The notes under the pieces were generated by a model that was given only the letters and a program-made list of their open reading frames with translations, was not told the origin of the DNA and did not search any database. The position numbers and the translations under genes were made by a program. DNA of 20,000 bases from an uncultured virus (IMG/VR IMGVR_UViG_3300020577_013366) (lineage: Duplodnaviria > Heunggongvirae > Uroviricota > Caudoviricetes), in the IMG/VR virus record IMGVR_UViG_3300020577_013366. One strand, 5' to 3'. Position 1 is the first letter of the stretch. The number at the start of each line of letters is the position of its first letter. Of this stretch, positions 1 to 7,501 are shown one piece after another.

Positions 1-456
1 GCCCCTTTCTGCGACACCTGTGGCGCCAAGCTGCTCGGGTCGCTCACGGACTACGGAGCCCGCTGCGAGCTGGAGCACTTCGAGGACTACCATCCCCGCC
101 ACTGCGAAGAGTTGGTGCTCGATCTCGACAAGCCGCCCGCCCCGGGAGACCGGATCGCATGGGCGCTCATCGAGCGCTGCCCAGGCTGGACGCTGGTGAA
201 GGAGCAGACCGGCGCCTACGCCCTGCGCATGGGCCACGACGGTGGGCAGTGGGTGTGCGTCCCCGAGGACCGCCCCGAGCGCGATGGGAGGATCTGGTGG
301 GTCGAGCCGATCGCGTTGTGGATCTGGAGCGCGCGGCGCGAGAAGTACGACCTCGTCACGGTGATCGCCACCGGCCTCACCCGCGAGGAGTGCACCGCCG
401 AGCGCCTGCGCGAGCTGGCCAACCTGTTCGAGTTCACGGAGGCGAGCCGGTCATGA
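1..456 (+). CDS. Hypothetical phage protein, 5' truncated; CxxC motif (FCDTCG)
   Basis: Frame of ORF 112..456 is open back to base 1 (APFCDTCGAKLLGSLTDYGARCELEHF...). High GC3. Stop TGA overlaps the next ATG (ATGA 453-456). Confidence 0.75.
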   Translation, partial: APFCDTCGAKLLGSLTDYGARCELEHFEDYHPRHCEELVLDLDKPPAPGDRIAWALIERCPGWTLVKEQTGAYALRMGHDGGQWVCVPEDRPERDGRIWWVEPIALWIWSARREKYDLVTVIATGLTREECTAERLRELANLFEFTEASRS

Positions 457-902
457 GCCGCCACGAGGAACGCATCCGGCAGCGCCGGGCGAAGCGCCTC
501 GCCGCGGGCGGGCGCCCCGTCGAGCTCGACTGCGAGACGGCCACCGGCACGCCGAAGTGCTGGGGCTGCGCCATCTACGGGCCGCGCAAGTGCACCGAGC
601 AGACGCTGAGCGACGACGTGCACTTGTCCTGCGAGGCCGAGGGCCATCGCCTCGCCGCGGAGCGCGGCGGCCAGCCCTGTGACGACTGCGCCTTCCGCCC
701 CCGCTCGCCCGAGGCGAAGCAGGAGGGCCTGCTCGCCCGGGTCGTCCGGCAGGAGACGCCGTTCTACTGCCACAAGGGCATGCCGCTGGACGGCAAGGGC
801 AAGATGCCAGCTGAGGGCGACTACTTCCCGCGCGACCACAAGCTCTACCCGATCTGCGCCGGCTGGGCTCGCGCGCAGGCTGCTCGAAAGGACAGGCCAT
901 GA
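453..902 (+). CDS. Cys-rich putative Zn-binding phage protein (PCxxCxFR...FYCH...CAGW; resembles DUF6283-type proteins)
   Basis: ATG at 453 is coupled to the upstream stop. The 3' part of ORF 159..902 reads MSRHEERIRQ...CWGC...PCDDCAFRP...PFYCHKG...ICAGW. Family name is from memory of the motif only. Confidence 0.7.
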   Translation: MSRHEERIRQRRAKRLAAGGRPVELDCETATGTPKCWGCAIYGPRKCTEQTLSDDVHLSCEAEGHRLAAERGGQPCDDCAFRPRSPEAKQEGLLARVVRQETPFYCHKGMPLDGKGKMPAEGDYFPRDHKLYPICAGWARAQAARKDRP

Positions 903-1198
903 CCGCCGAAGAAAAAGACGCCGCGATCGAACGCATCGCCGACATCGGGGCCGACCCGCCTCTGCCGCACAACGCACGATGCGCGCTGCTGTCGCTGGTG
1001 GACGAGTTGCTGGCCTATGCCGAGGTCCGCCTGGCTCGCTCCGACGAGCGGCGCCCGCTCTCCCGCATGGAGCGCAACTACACACGGGCTGCGCAGGCCA
1101 ACGCCTGGCGAGGCCTGACCGACGACCTCGTGGAGTACAACGTCGATCCGACCTACCTGTGGATCGAAGCCTTCGAGGTGGTGCTGGCCGATGGGTGA
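899..1198 (+). CDS. Hypothetical protein (99 aa)
   Basis: ATGA overlap at 899-902, protein-like composition, stop overlaps the helicase start. Confidence 0.7.
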   Translation: MTAEEKDAAIERIADIGADPPLPHNARCALLSLVDELLAYAEVRLARSDERRPLSRMERNYTRAAQANAWRGLTDDLVEYNVDPTYLWIEAFEVVLADG

Positions 1199-2759
1199 GC
1201 GCGACCTCAAAGACCTGCACCTCGCGGGCGACCTCGACATGGAGGGTGACATCGAGCCGATGCCGCTCCCCGAGATGTCGCTGGCCGAGGCCGAGGACAT
1301 GTACTTGGCGATCTGCTGCTCGACCCCGAAGTACGCCGACCACAGCCGCGTCCAGGACGCCCACCTGTCGGACCGGGGCAAGATCATCTTGAACGTGATC
1401 CGCGCGGTGCAGGCGCAAGGCTGGTCGCAGGTCACGATCGAGCAGCTCGAGGGCCCGATCGCGGCTGCCACCATCGAGCGCTTCTGGTCGGCGAAGCCCG
1501 CCCGGCTCCGCCCCAAGGTGATTCCCGAGCTCGACCTCGGGCATATCCCCAAGCGCCTCCGGCACTTCGACCCCAACACCAGCATCGGCTTCGCCGAGGA
1601 CGTGCTCCTCGCGGCCTTCGAGAAGGCGAAGTACATCGCCATCCACCTGAAGGCGGCGAAGGTGGCCGAGCAGGACGGGCCGGCGGCGGCGCGGGCGTTC
1701 CTCGCCGAGCGCGAGGCCCGGCTGGCATCGCTCACCCAGGGCGTGCGGTTCACCCACATCAGCGATGTCGCGGCGCAGGTCACCAGCGAGATGCGCCAGC
1801 GGTTCGAGCAGCCGAACACGGACCCGAGCAAGGTCCAGATCGCCACGAACTTCCCGGAGATCGACCGGGTCTGCGGCAACTTCGAGCCCGAGAACGGGAC
1901 GACCATCGCCGGCTGGAACCAGCACGGCAAGAGCACCTTCGCGTTTCAGCTCCTCGGGCAGATGGCGGTGCAGGGCATCCGGGTCGCGGCGATCTCGGCC
2001 GAGGACAAGATGACGCTGACGACCAAGCGCCAGCTCATCTGGCTGCTGTCGGACCTGCGGACGGCGAGGCGGGTGAGCACGAACCAGCCGGTCGGCACCG
2101 GGGCCCCAGACGGCTACGTGTTGCAGGACGTGGTGGAGCTGGAGGCGATCGCCCGCCGCGTCGTGGACAAGATGCCGCTGTTCATGTCGCACTTGCCCGG
2201 ATGCACGATCGAGCAGGCCGACGCGGCGATCGTTGAGGCGGCGCGGTCCGGTGCGCGCGTGGTGCTGTTCGACTACCTGTCGGCCATCGCCGAGCCGCCC
2301 AAGGTCGAGACGATGAAGTGGCGCAACTACTGCCACAAGCGCTTGATGGCGACGGGCAAGAGCAACGGCATCCACACCATCATCTGCGCGCAGCTGAAGC
2401 GTCCGAGCGGCGGCGGCAAGGACGGCACCGGCGCCCGCGACGAGACGAAGCCGCCCACCGCCTACGACATCGAGCTGTGCCCCCAGGCCGAGCAGGGGAG
2501 CGAGAACGTGATGCTGGTGCACCGACCCCAGCGAAACAACTACACGACCGTCGCCGGCCGCCGAGTGCCCTTGTCAGTCGAACAGGCCAGCATCATCGTC
2601 ACGAAAGCCAAAGCGGGCGGCACCGGCACCATCGATCTCGGGTGGTGCAACGCGCGGCACTGCTACGACCGTAGACCGCAGGACCAGCGGCAGGGCAACC
2701 TGGGAGACGGCGGGCCTCGCCCACCAGGAAAGGACGTGCTCGATGAACACCCATTCTGA
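1191..2759 (+). CDS. dnaB: DnaB-like (SF4) replicative DNA helicase
   Basis: SF4 motifs in order: IATNFPEIDRVCG, Walker A AGWNQHGKST, H1a ISAED, Walker B VVLFDYL, H3 ICAQLKR, H4 IELCPQAEQGSENVMLVHR, and IIVTKAKAGGTG (cf. IAKQRNGPTG). Confidence 0.88.
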   Translation: MGERDLKDLHLAGDLDMEGDIEPMPLPEMSLAEAEDMYLAICCSTPKYADHSRVQDAHLSDRGKIILNVIRAVQAQGWSQVTIEQLEGPIAAATIERFWSAKPARLRPKVIPELDLGHIPKRLRHFDPNTSIGFAEDVLLAAFEKAKYIAIHLKAAKVAEQDGPAAARAFLAEREARLASLTQGVRFTHISDVAAQVTSEMRQRFEQPNTDPSKVQIATNFPEIDRVCGNFEPENGTTIAGWNQHGKSTFAFQLLGQMAVQGIRVAAISAEDKMTLTTKRQLIWLLSDLRTARRVSTNQPVGTGAPDGYVLQDVVELEAIARRVVDKMPLFMSHLPGCTIEQADAAIVEAARSGARVVLFDYLSAIAEPPKVETMKWRNYCHKRLMATGKSNGIHTIICAQLKRPSGGGKDGTGARDETKPPTAYDIELCPQAEQGSENVMLVHRPQRNNYTTVAGRRVPLSVEQASIIVTKAKAGGTGTIDLGWCNARHCYDRRPQDQRQGNLGDGGPRPPGKDVLDEHPF

Positions 2760-3135
2760 CGATGCTCATCTCCCGGCCCCCGGGGGATTCTTCAACCCCG
2801 CTGGCCACATCGCCGCGGATGTCTGCTGGTCGGCGCCCGCCAGTGTGCCGGTGAAGCACGCGCAGCGGTTCGCGTGGCGCCTCCGGAGGGCGTTGAGGGG
2901 GCAGATCGACGATGCGACCTGCGCCTGCATCCCCGCCTACACCGGCGGCCGCGGGCGCCCGGTCGCGGTGGACGGGGAGCTCCGCACCCCCGCCTGCTTC
3001 GGCAGCCGCGGCGAGCCGTGGGCGCAGCCGCTCGGCCTCAGCCGGATGTGCGTGCCCGACTTCGAGGCCGAGATCACCGTCATCGATCCGTCGCCGCGCC
3101 GCGGCTTCGCCATCCTCGTGGAGCTCTATTCATGA
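2743..3135 (+). CDS. Hypothetical protein (130 aa)
   Basis: Overlaps the helicase end by 17 nt, ends in an ATGA overlap with alkB, and fills the operon gap with high GC3. Confidence 0.6.
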   Translation: MNTHSDDAHLPAPGGFFNPAGHIAADVCWSAPASVPVKHAQRFAWRLRRALRGQIDDATCACIPAYTGGRGRPVAVDGELRTPACFGSRGEPWAQPLGLSRMCVPDFEAEITVIDPSPRRGFAILVELYS

Positions 3136-3899
3136 TGCGCATCGCCTACAGCGTGCCCGAGCGCGGGTTCTACGTGCTTCGCGGGTGCCACAGCCGCGCC
3201 GACATCGACCTGCTCGTGGAGCAGGTTCGGGACCTGAAGAGCACGCATCCGTTCGGGCAGCCGACGATGCGCGACGGCTCGCCGCTGTCGGTCCGCGTGA
3301 CCAGCTGGGGACCGTGGGGCTGGTGGGGCGACCAGCTCGGCATCCGCTACGTCAACCAGCACCAGAAGAACAAGCAGGCGTGGCCGCGCCTCCCCGCCGG
3401 CTGGACCCGCTACCCCATGGCCTTCCTCTACCTCGCCGCCTGGGACGCCCAGCAGCGGGTGAAGGGCTGGACGCCAGCCTCGTGGAACCTCCCGGATGGC
3501 CCCGCGACCTGGCTCGATCAGGTGGACACCGGCCTCGTGAACTACTACGCGCCCGACGCGGTGCTCGGCTGGCACGTGGACAAGACCGAGACCGACCTGC
3601 GCTCGCCGATCCTCACGATGTCGCTCGGGGCTTCCGCGCGCTTCGAGATCAAGCTGGACGGCGAGACGCACTCGATGATCCTTCACAGCGGCGATGGGTG
3701 CGTGATGGCGGGGCACTCCCGCAACGCAGAGCACCGCATCGTCAAGCTGCTCACGCCCGCCGAGGTGCAGGCGGAACAGCAGGCCGACCTGTTCACCGGC
3801 GCGCCGCCGGCGGACGACATCTACAACCCCATCACCAACGGCGCGCGCCTGTCGATCACCTGGCGCCGCACGGGCCTCCCGCCCGCGAAAGCTCCATGA
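3132..3899 (+). CDS. alkB: AlkB-family 2-oxoglutarate/Fe(II)-dependent dioxygenase (nucleic-acid demethylase/hydroxylase)
   Basis: ATG 3132 (ATGA overlap). Motifs LVNYY, WHVD (HxD), PILTMSLG, LHSGD, AEHRI (distal His) and RLSITWR (RxxxxxR). The N-terminal GWWGDQLGIRY resembles the AlkB nucleotide-recognition lid. Confidence 0.92.
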   Translation: MMRIAYSVPERGFYVLRGCHSRADIDLLVEQVRDLKSTHPFGQPTMRDGSPLSVRVTSWGPWGWWGDQLGIRYVNQHQKNKQAWPRLPAGWTRYPMAFLYLAAWDAQQRVKGWTPASWNLPDGPATWLDQVDTGLVNYYAPDAVLGWHVDKTETDLRSPILTMSLGASARFEIKLDGETHSMILHSGDGCVMAGHSRNAEHRIVKLLTPAEVQAEQQADLFTGAPPADDIYNPITNGARLSITWRRTGLPPAKAP

Positions 3900-4558
3900 C
3901 CACCAACTACTACGGCTCCGACGCGGTCGCCACCGCCGCCCGCATCGGATTGACCACCGCCACCAGCATCCCCGACCTGCTCGATCTCGGCATCGAGCGC
4001 GGGTTCACCCTCTGGCCCGAGTGGGGGCCGACCTTCACCGAGCTCGACAAGCGGATCGAGAACCGGCCGAGCGCGCCGCCGAAGAACCTCGTGGGCAAGC
4101 GGGTCGCCTTCCACAACGGCACCTACTTGGGCGGGCGCAAGGCCATCGGCGCCGCGATCGCCGGCATCTACAACATGCTTCGGACGGCGCAGACCGCCGG
4201 CTGGAATTTCGCCGGCGAGCTGCCCAGCCGCGGTGAGCATGGCCGGCGCGGGGCTGACCGGCGCGGGCGCAACGATGTCCACCTCGGCAGCGGCACTCTG
4301 GCCAAGGGCGACAAGCGGGTCGCCTTCGACGGGAGCAAGATCCCGCTCGCCGCGATCACCTTCACCGCCATCATCACCGGCTTCGAGCTGCCGACCGACA
4401 GCCCGGCGCACCCCTGGCAGTTCGCCAGCGACCCGGCCGACCCCGACTCGTTCTCCTACGGCTGGCACGTTGCCGAGGTCATCGTCCTCGCCACCCCGAT
4501 CCCCTGCTCCGGCCTGCAGGGCTTCTGGCCGCTCAAGACCGCCAAGGTGGGAAGATGA
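3896..4558 (+). CDS. ASCH-domain protein (PUA-like nucleic-acid/modified-base binding)
   Basis: ATG 3896 (ATGA overlap), 3' part of ORF 2912..4558. ASCH signature FTLWPEW...DKRIENR...RVAFHNG and C-terminal PWQF...YGWHVAEV..LATPIPCSGLQGFW. Confidence 0.8.
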   Translation: MTTNYYGSDAVATAARIGLTTATSIPDLLDLGIERGFTLWPEWGPTFTELDKRIENRPSAPPKNLVGKRVAFHNGTYLGGRKAIGAAIAGIYNMLRTAQTAGWNFAGELPSRGEHGRRGADRRGRNDVHLGSGTLAKGDKRVAFDGSKIPLAAITFTAIITGFELPTDSPAHPWQFASDPADPDSFSYGWHVAEVIVLATPIPCSGLQGFWPLKTAKVGR

Positions 4559-5064
4559 ACGCTCCGATCGCCCGCGTGCGCCGGCTGCCGGTGCTGCCGA
4601 AGATCGCCCCGGAGCTCTGTGGCCCCTGCGGCGGCAAGTGCTGCAAGGCCGCCCCCGGCCTCACCGTCCCCGAGGACTGGGAGAGCATGGAGGCACTCGA
4701 GGCCGCCCTGCGCGGCGGCGACTGGGGCCTCCGGACGTGGTGGGGTGACCCGCTCTCGCGCGTGCTCGAGCGCCGCGGACGACGGCATCCCGTCCCGCGG
4801 CTCGTCGAGCGGGTGCTGATCCCGCGGCCGCGAGTGCTGGGCGAGTTTGAACGGGATTTCGGAACCGAGGGCCAGTGCGTCAACCTGCGCGCCACCGGCT
4901 GCACTCTCGGCGACCGCAAGCCGTTCCAGTGCCGCGAGTTGGTGCCGCGAGCACCCGAGGAGGCATGTCGTCTCGCCCCCGAGCACTGGGATGAGGAGAT
5001 CGCCCTCCGCTGGCGCAGCCGCGCCGGGCTGGTGGAGGCGATCGCCAAGCGGGTGTTCGGATGA
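4555..5064 (+). CDS. CxxCxxCC (YkgJ/UPF0153-like) Fe-S/Zn cysteine-cluster protein
   Basis: CGPCGGKCC near the N-terminus and CVNL..TGCTL..RKPFQCR...C at the C-terminus. ATGA coupled at both ends. Confidence 0.8.
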   Translation: MNAPIARVRRLPVLPKIAPELCGPCGGKCCKAAPGLTVPEDWESMEALEAALRGGDWGLRTWWGDPLSRVLERRGRRHPVPRLVERVLIPRPRVLGEFERDFGTEGQCVNLRATGCTLGDRKPFQCRELVPRAPEEACRLAPEHWDEEIALRWRSRAGLVEAIAKRVFG

Positions 5065-5609
5065 GCCAGGCGCACCTCTTCGGCGAGCCACCTGCGGACG
5101 ACGGCTTCGCCACCATCCTGATCGACTCCCCGTGGGAGGAGAAGGGCGGGGGCGGGCGTGGGGCGCAGAACCACTACCATGTGATGCCGCTCCACGACAT
5201 CATCGCGACCATCTACCGATGCCCGCTCTGGCGGCCGGCGAGGAACGCCCACCTGTGGAGCTGGGTCACCGACAACTTCCTCGAGGACGGCCTGTTCCTC
5301 ATGAAGGCGCTCGGCTTCCGGTACATCCGGACCTTTGCGTGGGTGAAGAACTCGATCGGGATCGGGCATTACGGGCGGGGCCAGCACGAGCTGATGCTGT
5401 TCGGGGTCCGCGGCAAGCTCCCGCCGCTACGTGCCGGGTCGAGCGTGATCACCGGCGACAAGCGCGAGCACAGCCGCAAGCCCGAGGAGAGCTACGAGCG
5501 CATCGAGCACACCTCGCCGGGGCCACGCCTGGAGATCTTCGCCAGGTCGAACCGGCCGGGCTGGACGTCGTGGGGGAACGACCCCAACCTGTCCGCCGAG
5601 CCAGCATGA
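5061..5609 (+). CDS. MT-A70 (METTL3/Ime4-like) N6-adenine methyltransferase
   Basis: FATILIDSPW (motif IV, canonical DPPW), HY..M, LWSWVT, LGFRY..FAWVK, GIGHYGRGQHE, HSRKP, RLEIFARSNRPGWTSWGN. Confidence 0.92.
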   Translation: MSQAHLFGEPPADDGFATILIDSPWEEKGGGGRGAQNHYHVMPLHDIIATIYRCPLWRPARNAHLWSWVTDNFLEDGLFLMKALGFRYIRTFAWVKNSIGIGHYGRGQHELMLFGVRGKLPPLRAGSSVITGDKREHSRKPEESYERIEHTSPGPRLEIFARSNRPGWTSWGNDPNLSAEPA

Positions 5610-6112
5610 CCCGCAGCATCCTCCGCCGCGCCACCTTCATCGCCCCCCACTACCTCCAGAGTGAGGCCTCCGGGCGTCCGCTCCCGCGCACCCCCAGCGC
5701 CGTGCTCGCGCAGGCCTCGAAGGCGCAGGCGCAGATCACCGAGACGATCGTCGTGGTCCGCAAGGCCGTCGCCGACGTCGCCGGCGCGACCCTCCCCGGC
5801 AGCGACGCCGAGCTCGAGGGCGTGGTGTTCGATGCGGACATGTTGGCCGACGCCCGCCAGAACTACGAGCGCCCCCGGGGCCACCTGACCAGCCGGTTGA
5901 CGGCCTCGGCACGCGAGCGCCGGGTCAGCGACGTCGGGGCGGTGGTCGGCATCCGGCTCGCCCGCCGGCCCTTCGCCACCGTCCAGGTCCGGATCACCGA
6001 GGTGGTCAAGCCCGGCCGCGAGGTCGCCGTGGCCGTGCTGAACGGCCCCGACACCGGCCTCCGCCTCACCGCGGAGCTCGGCCTGGCCTTCCCCTGGGAC
6101 GTGCTGGTGTAG
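5606..6112 (+). CDS. Hypothetical protein (168 aa)
   Basis: ATG 5606 overlaps the MT-A70 stop (ATGA). 3' part of ORF 4847..6112 with strongly GC3-biased codons. Confidence 0.7.
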   Translation: MTRSILRRATFIAPHYLQSEASGRPLPRTPSAVLAQASKAQAQITETIVVVRKAVADVAGATLPGSDAELEGVVFDADMLADARQNYERPRGHLTSRLTASARERRVSDVGAVVGIRLARRPFATVQVRITEVVKPGREVAVAVLNGPDTGLRLTAELGLAFPWDVLV

Positions 6113-6133
6113 ACGCCGCCGCGCGCGCGGGTC

Positions 6134-6139
6134 TACCCT
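6134..6139 (+). promoter_or_regulatory. Putative -10 box (TACCCT) 6 nt before ATG 6146; leaderless promoter
   Basis: TAnnnT-N6-ATG with no Shine-Dalgarno. The same geometry recurs before five other genes in the window. Confidence 0.5.
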
Positions 6140-6145
6140 CCGACC

Positions 6146-6763
6146 ATGCTGCAGCCCCTGCCCGCCTGGGTCGCCTCCTACCGCCCCTCCCCCGATCCGG
6201 GGGAGTTCTACTACCACTACCTCGTCCGGGTCCTGGGCGAGCTGGACAGGAAGCTCGCGGGCGCGCTCTATGCAGGCGGGTCGCTCACCTCCAGGTTCGG
6301 CGCCGCCGAGCTGGCGGTCCCCGGCTACCGACGCAAGGACATTCCGCACCCGGAGATGTGGCCGAACTTCGTCCCGGTCCTGGCGATGACGATGCTGGTG
6401 CGGCAGGCGATGGTGCTTCAGGGGTTCGGCCCGCTTCGGGTGGTCGCCACCTACCGGCCGATCGGCGGCGCCGCGAAGTCGCTCCACAAGGTCAACCGGG
6501 CGATCGACCTGTCGCCGCTGAAGAAGACGGAGGCGGCCTGCAGAGCTCTCGTTCGAGCGGCGACCTGGGTCTACCAGCAGCACGAGCACCTGCAGGTCGG
6601 CGTCGGCACCTACGGCCCCTACACCGACCGCTCGACGTTGATCCACATCGACGTGGCCGGGCGGAAGAGCCGGAAGTCGTGGCGCCAGATCAAGGGCGTC
6701 AGCGTCGGCTCGGCGGTGCGGGGGCAGCCGGCGGTCCACCTGGAGACTCCGGCTGGTGGATGA
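6146..6763 (+). CDS. Peptidase M15 (Zn D-Ala-D-Ala/LAS-type) putative endolysin
   Basis: VVATYR (cf. SGYR), SLHKVNRAIDL (SxHxxxxAxD), GVGTY and LIHIDV (HxD) motifs of M15A-type peptidases. Confidence 0.8.
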   Translation: MLQPLPAWVASYRPSPDPGEFYYHYLVRVLGELDRKLAGALYAGGSLTSRFGAAELAVPGYRRKDIPHPEMWPNFVPVLAMTMLVRQAMVLQGFGPLRVVATYRPIGGAAKSLHKVNRAIDLSPLKKTEAACRALVRAATWVYQQHEHLQVGVGTYGPYTDRSTLIHIDVAGRKSRKSWRQIKGVSVGSAVRGQPAVHLETPAGG

Positions 6764-6914
6764 TTTCGCCACCGGTCGTGGCGGGGGCACCGGCAGGTAC
6801 CGGCTTCCCGGGGGGACAGGGGTCGGCGAACTTGAGGACCACGAAGCCGACGATGATCACGGCCACGACGATCCAGATCCAGGTACGTCTCGGTTTGGTG
6901 CGCTGCTCAGGCAT
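6699..6914 (-). CDS. Small single-pass membrane protein with Pro-rich tail
   Basis: Basic N-terminus, TM segment WIWIVVAVIIVGFVVL, high GC3 on this strand. The + frame reading DDDHGHDDPDP is its antisense shadow. Overlaps the endolysin 3' end by 65 nt. Confidence 0.55.
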   Translation of the reverse strand: MPEQRTKPRRTWIWIVVAVIIVGFVVLKFADPCPPGKPVPAGAPATTGGEIIHQPESPGGPPAAPAPPSRR

Positions 6915-6941
6915 GATCCTGCGCCGATATCACGCACGAAT

Positions 6942-7289
6942 TTGCCTGTCTACGCGGGGGCTGGAGGCCTCGCATGGATCGAGAGGAACCGCCTCTGGCT
7001 GATTCCGTGGATCTCCGCTTTCATAGCGATGGTGATCGAAGTGCTCGCCGCCCTCTTCGCCTCCCGCCCGATGCCGATCGAAGGGCATGCAGCGCTTGCC
7101 GCGTTCTGGGCCTTCGCGGTGGCGCGCGGTACGGCGCGAGTGCAGAGAATGCGCGCTGGCGAGGCGAGGTTGATCGAATACGCGAGGCGCCGCGGTATCC
7201 CGCTCGACGAAGCGCGCGATGAATGGGAGGCCTTCGAGGCATCGGTGGCTCGCACGCAGCTGCCAGCACGGAGGACCCATGGCGATTAA
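6942..7289 (+). CDS. Putative two-TM membrane protein (holin candidate); start uncertain
   Basis: 3' part of ORF 6756..7289 has two hydrophobic stretches (LWLIPWISAFIAMVIEVLAALF; AALAAFWAFAVA) and a charged tail. In-frame TTG at 6942 chosen to avoid the antisense gene. Confidence 0.4.
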   Translation: MPVYAGAGGLAWIERNRLWLIPWISAFIAMVIEVLAALFASRPMPIEGHAALAAFWAFAVARGTARVQRMRAGEARLIEYARRRGIPLDEARDEWEAFEASVARTQLPARRTHGD

Positions 7290-7446
7290 CACCGCGACGA
7301 TGCCGCAGCTTTCGCCGAACGTGTCGATGCTTCCGGCGGCGGTGATACCCCGCACCCGCAGGTGCCCGCCACCCGTTGAGGACGACGTGGATCTACTCGG
7401 GTATGCCCTCCTGCTGCTCTTGTTCCTCGCCGCGGTGTGGCAATGA
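7279..7446 (+). CDS. Small protein with C-terminal TM anchor (55 aa)
   Basis: GGAGG SD just upstream of ATG 7279. C-terminus LLGYALLLLLFLAAVWQ. Confidence 0.5.
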   Translation: MAINTATMPQLSPNVSMLPAAVIPRTRRCPPPVEDDVDLLGYALLLLLFLAAVWQ

Positions 7447-7501
7447 CGTGGGGTCTACGAGAGACAGTTGATCACGATCACAGGCTGGCCATCATGCGCC
7501 C

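Noticed and set aside
216..2522. 768-aa minus-strand ORF
   Set aside because: Antisense shadow of the helicase operon; typical of high-GC DNA, no motifs.
2874..6112. Apparent long fusion ORFs 2874..3899, 2912..4558, 4847..6112
   Set aside because: N-terminal extensions are off-frame read-through of neighbouring genes. ATGA overlaps give true starts at 3132, 3896 and 5606, so no frameshift or fusion is needed.
6756..6941. N-terminal part of + ORF 6756..7289
   Set aside because: DDDHGHDDPDP is the antisense image of the hydrophobic segment of 6699..6914 (-).
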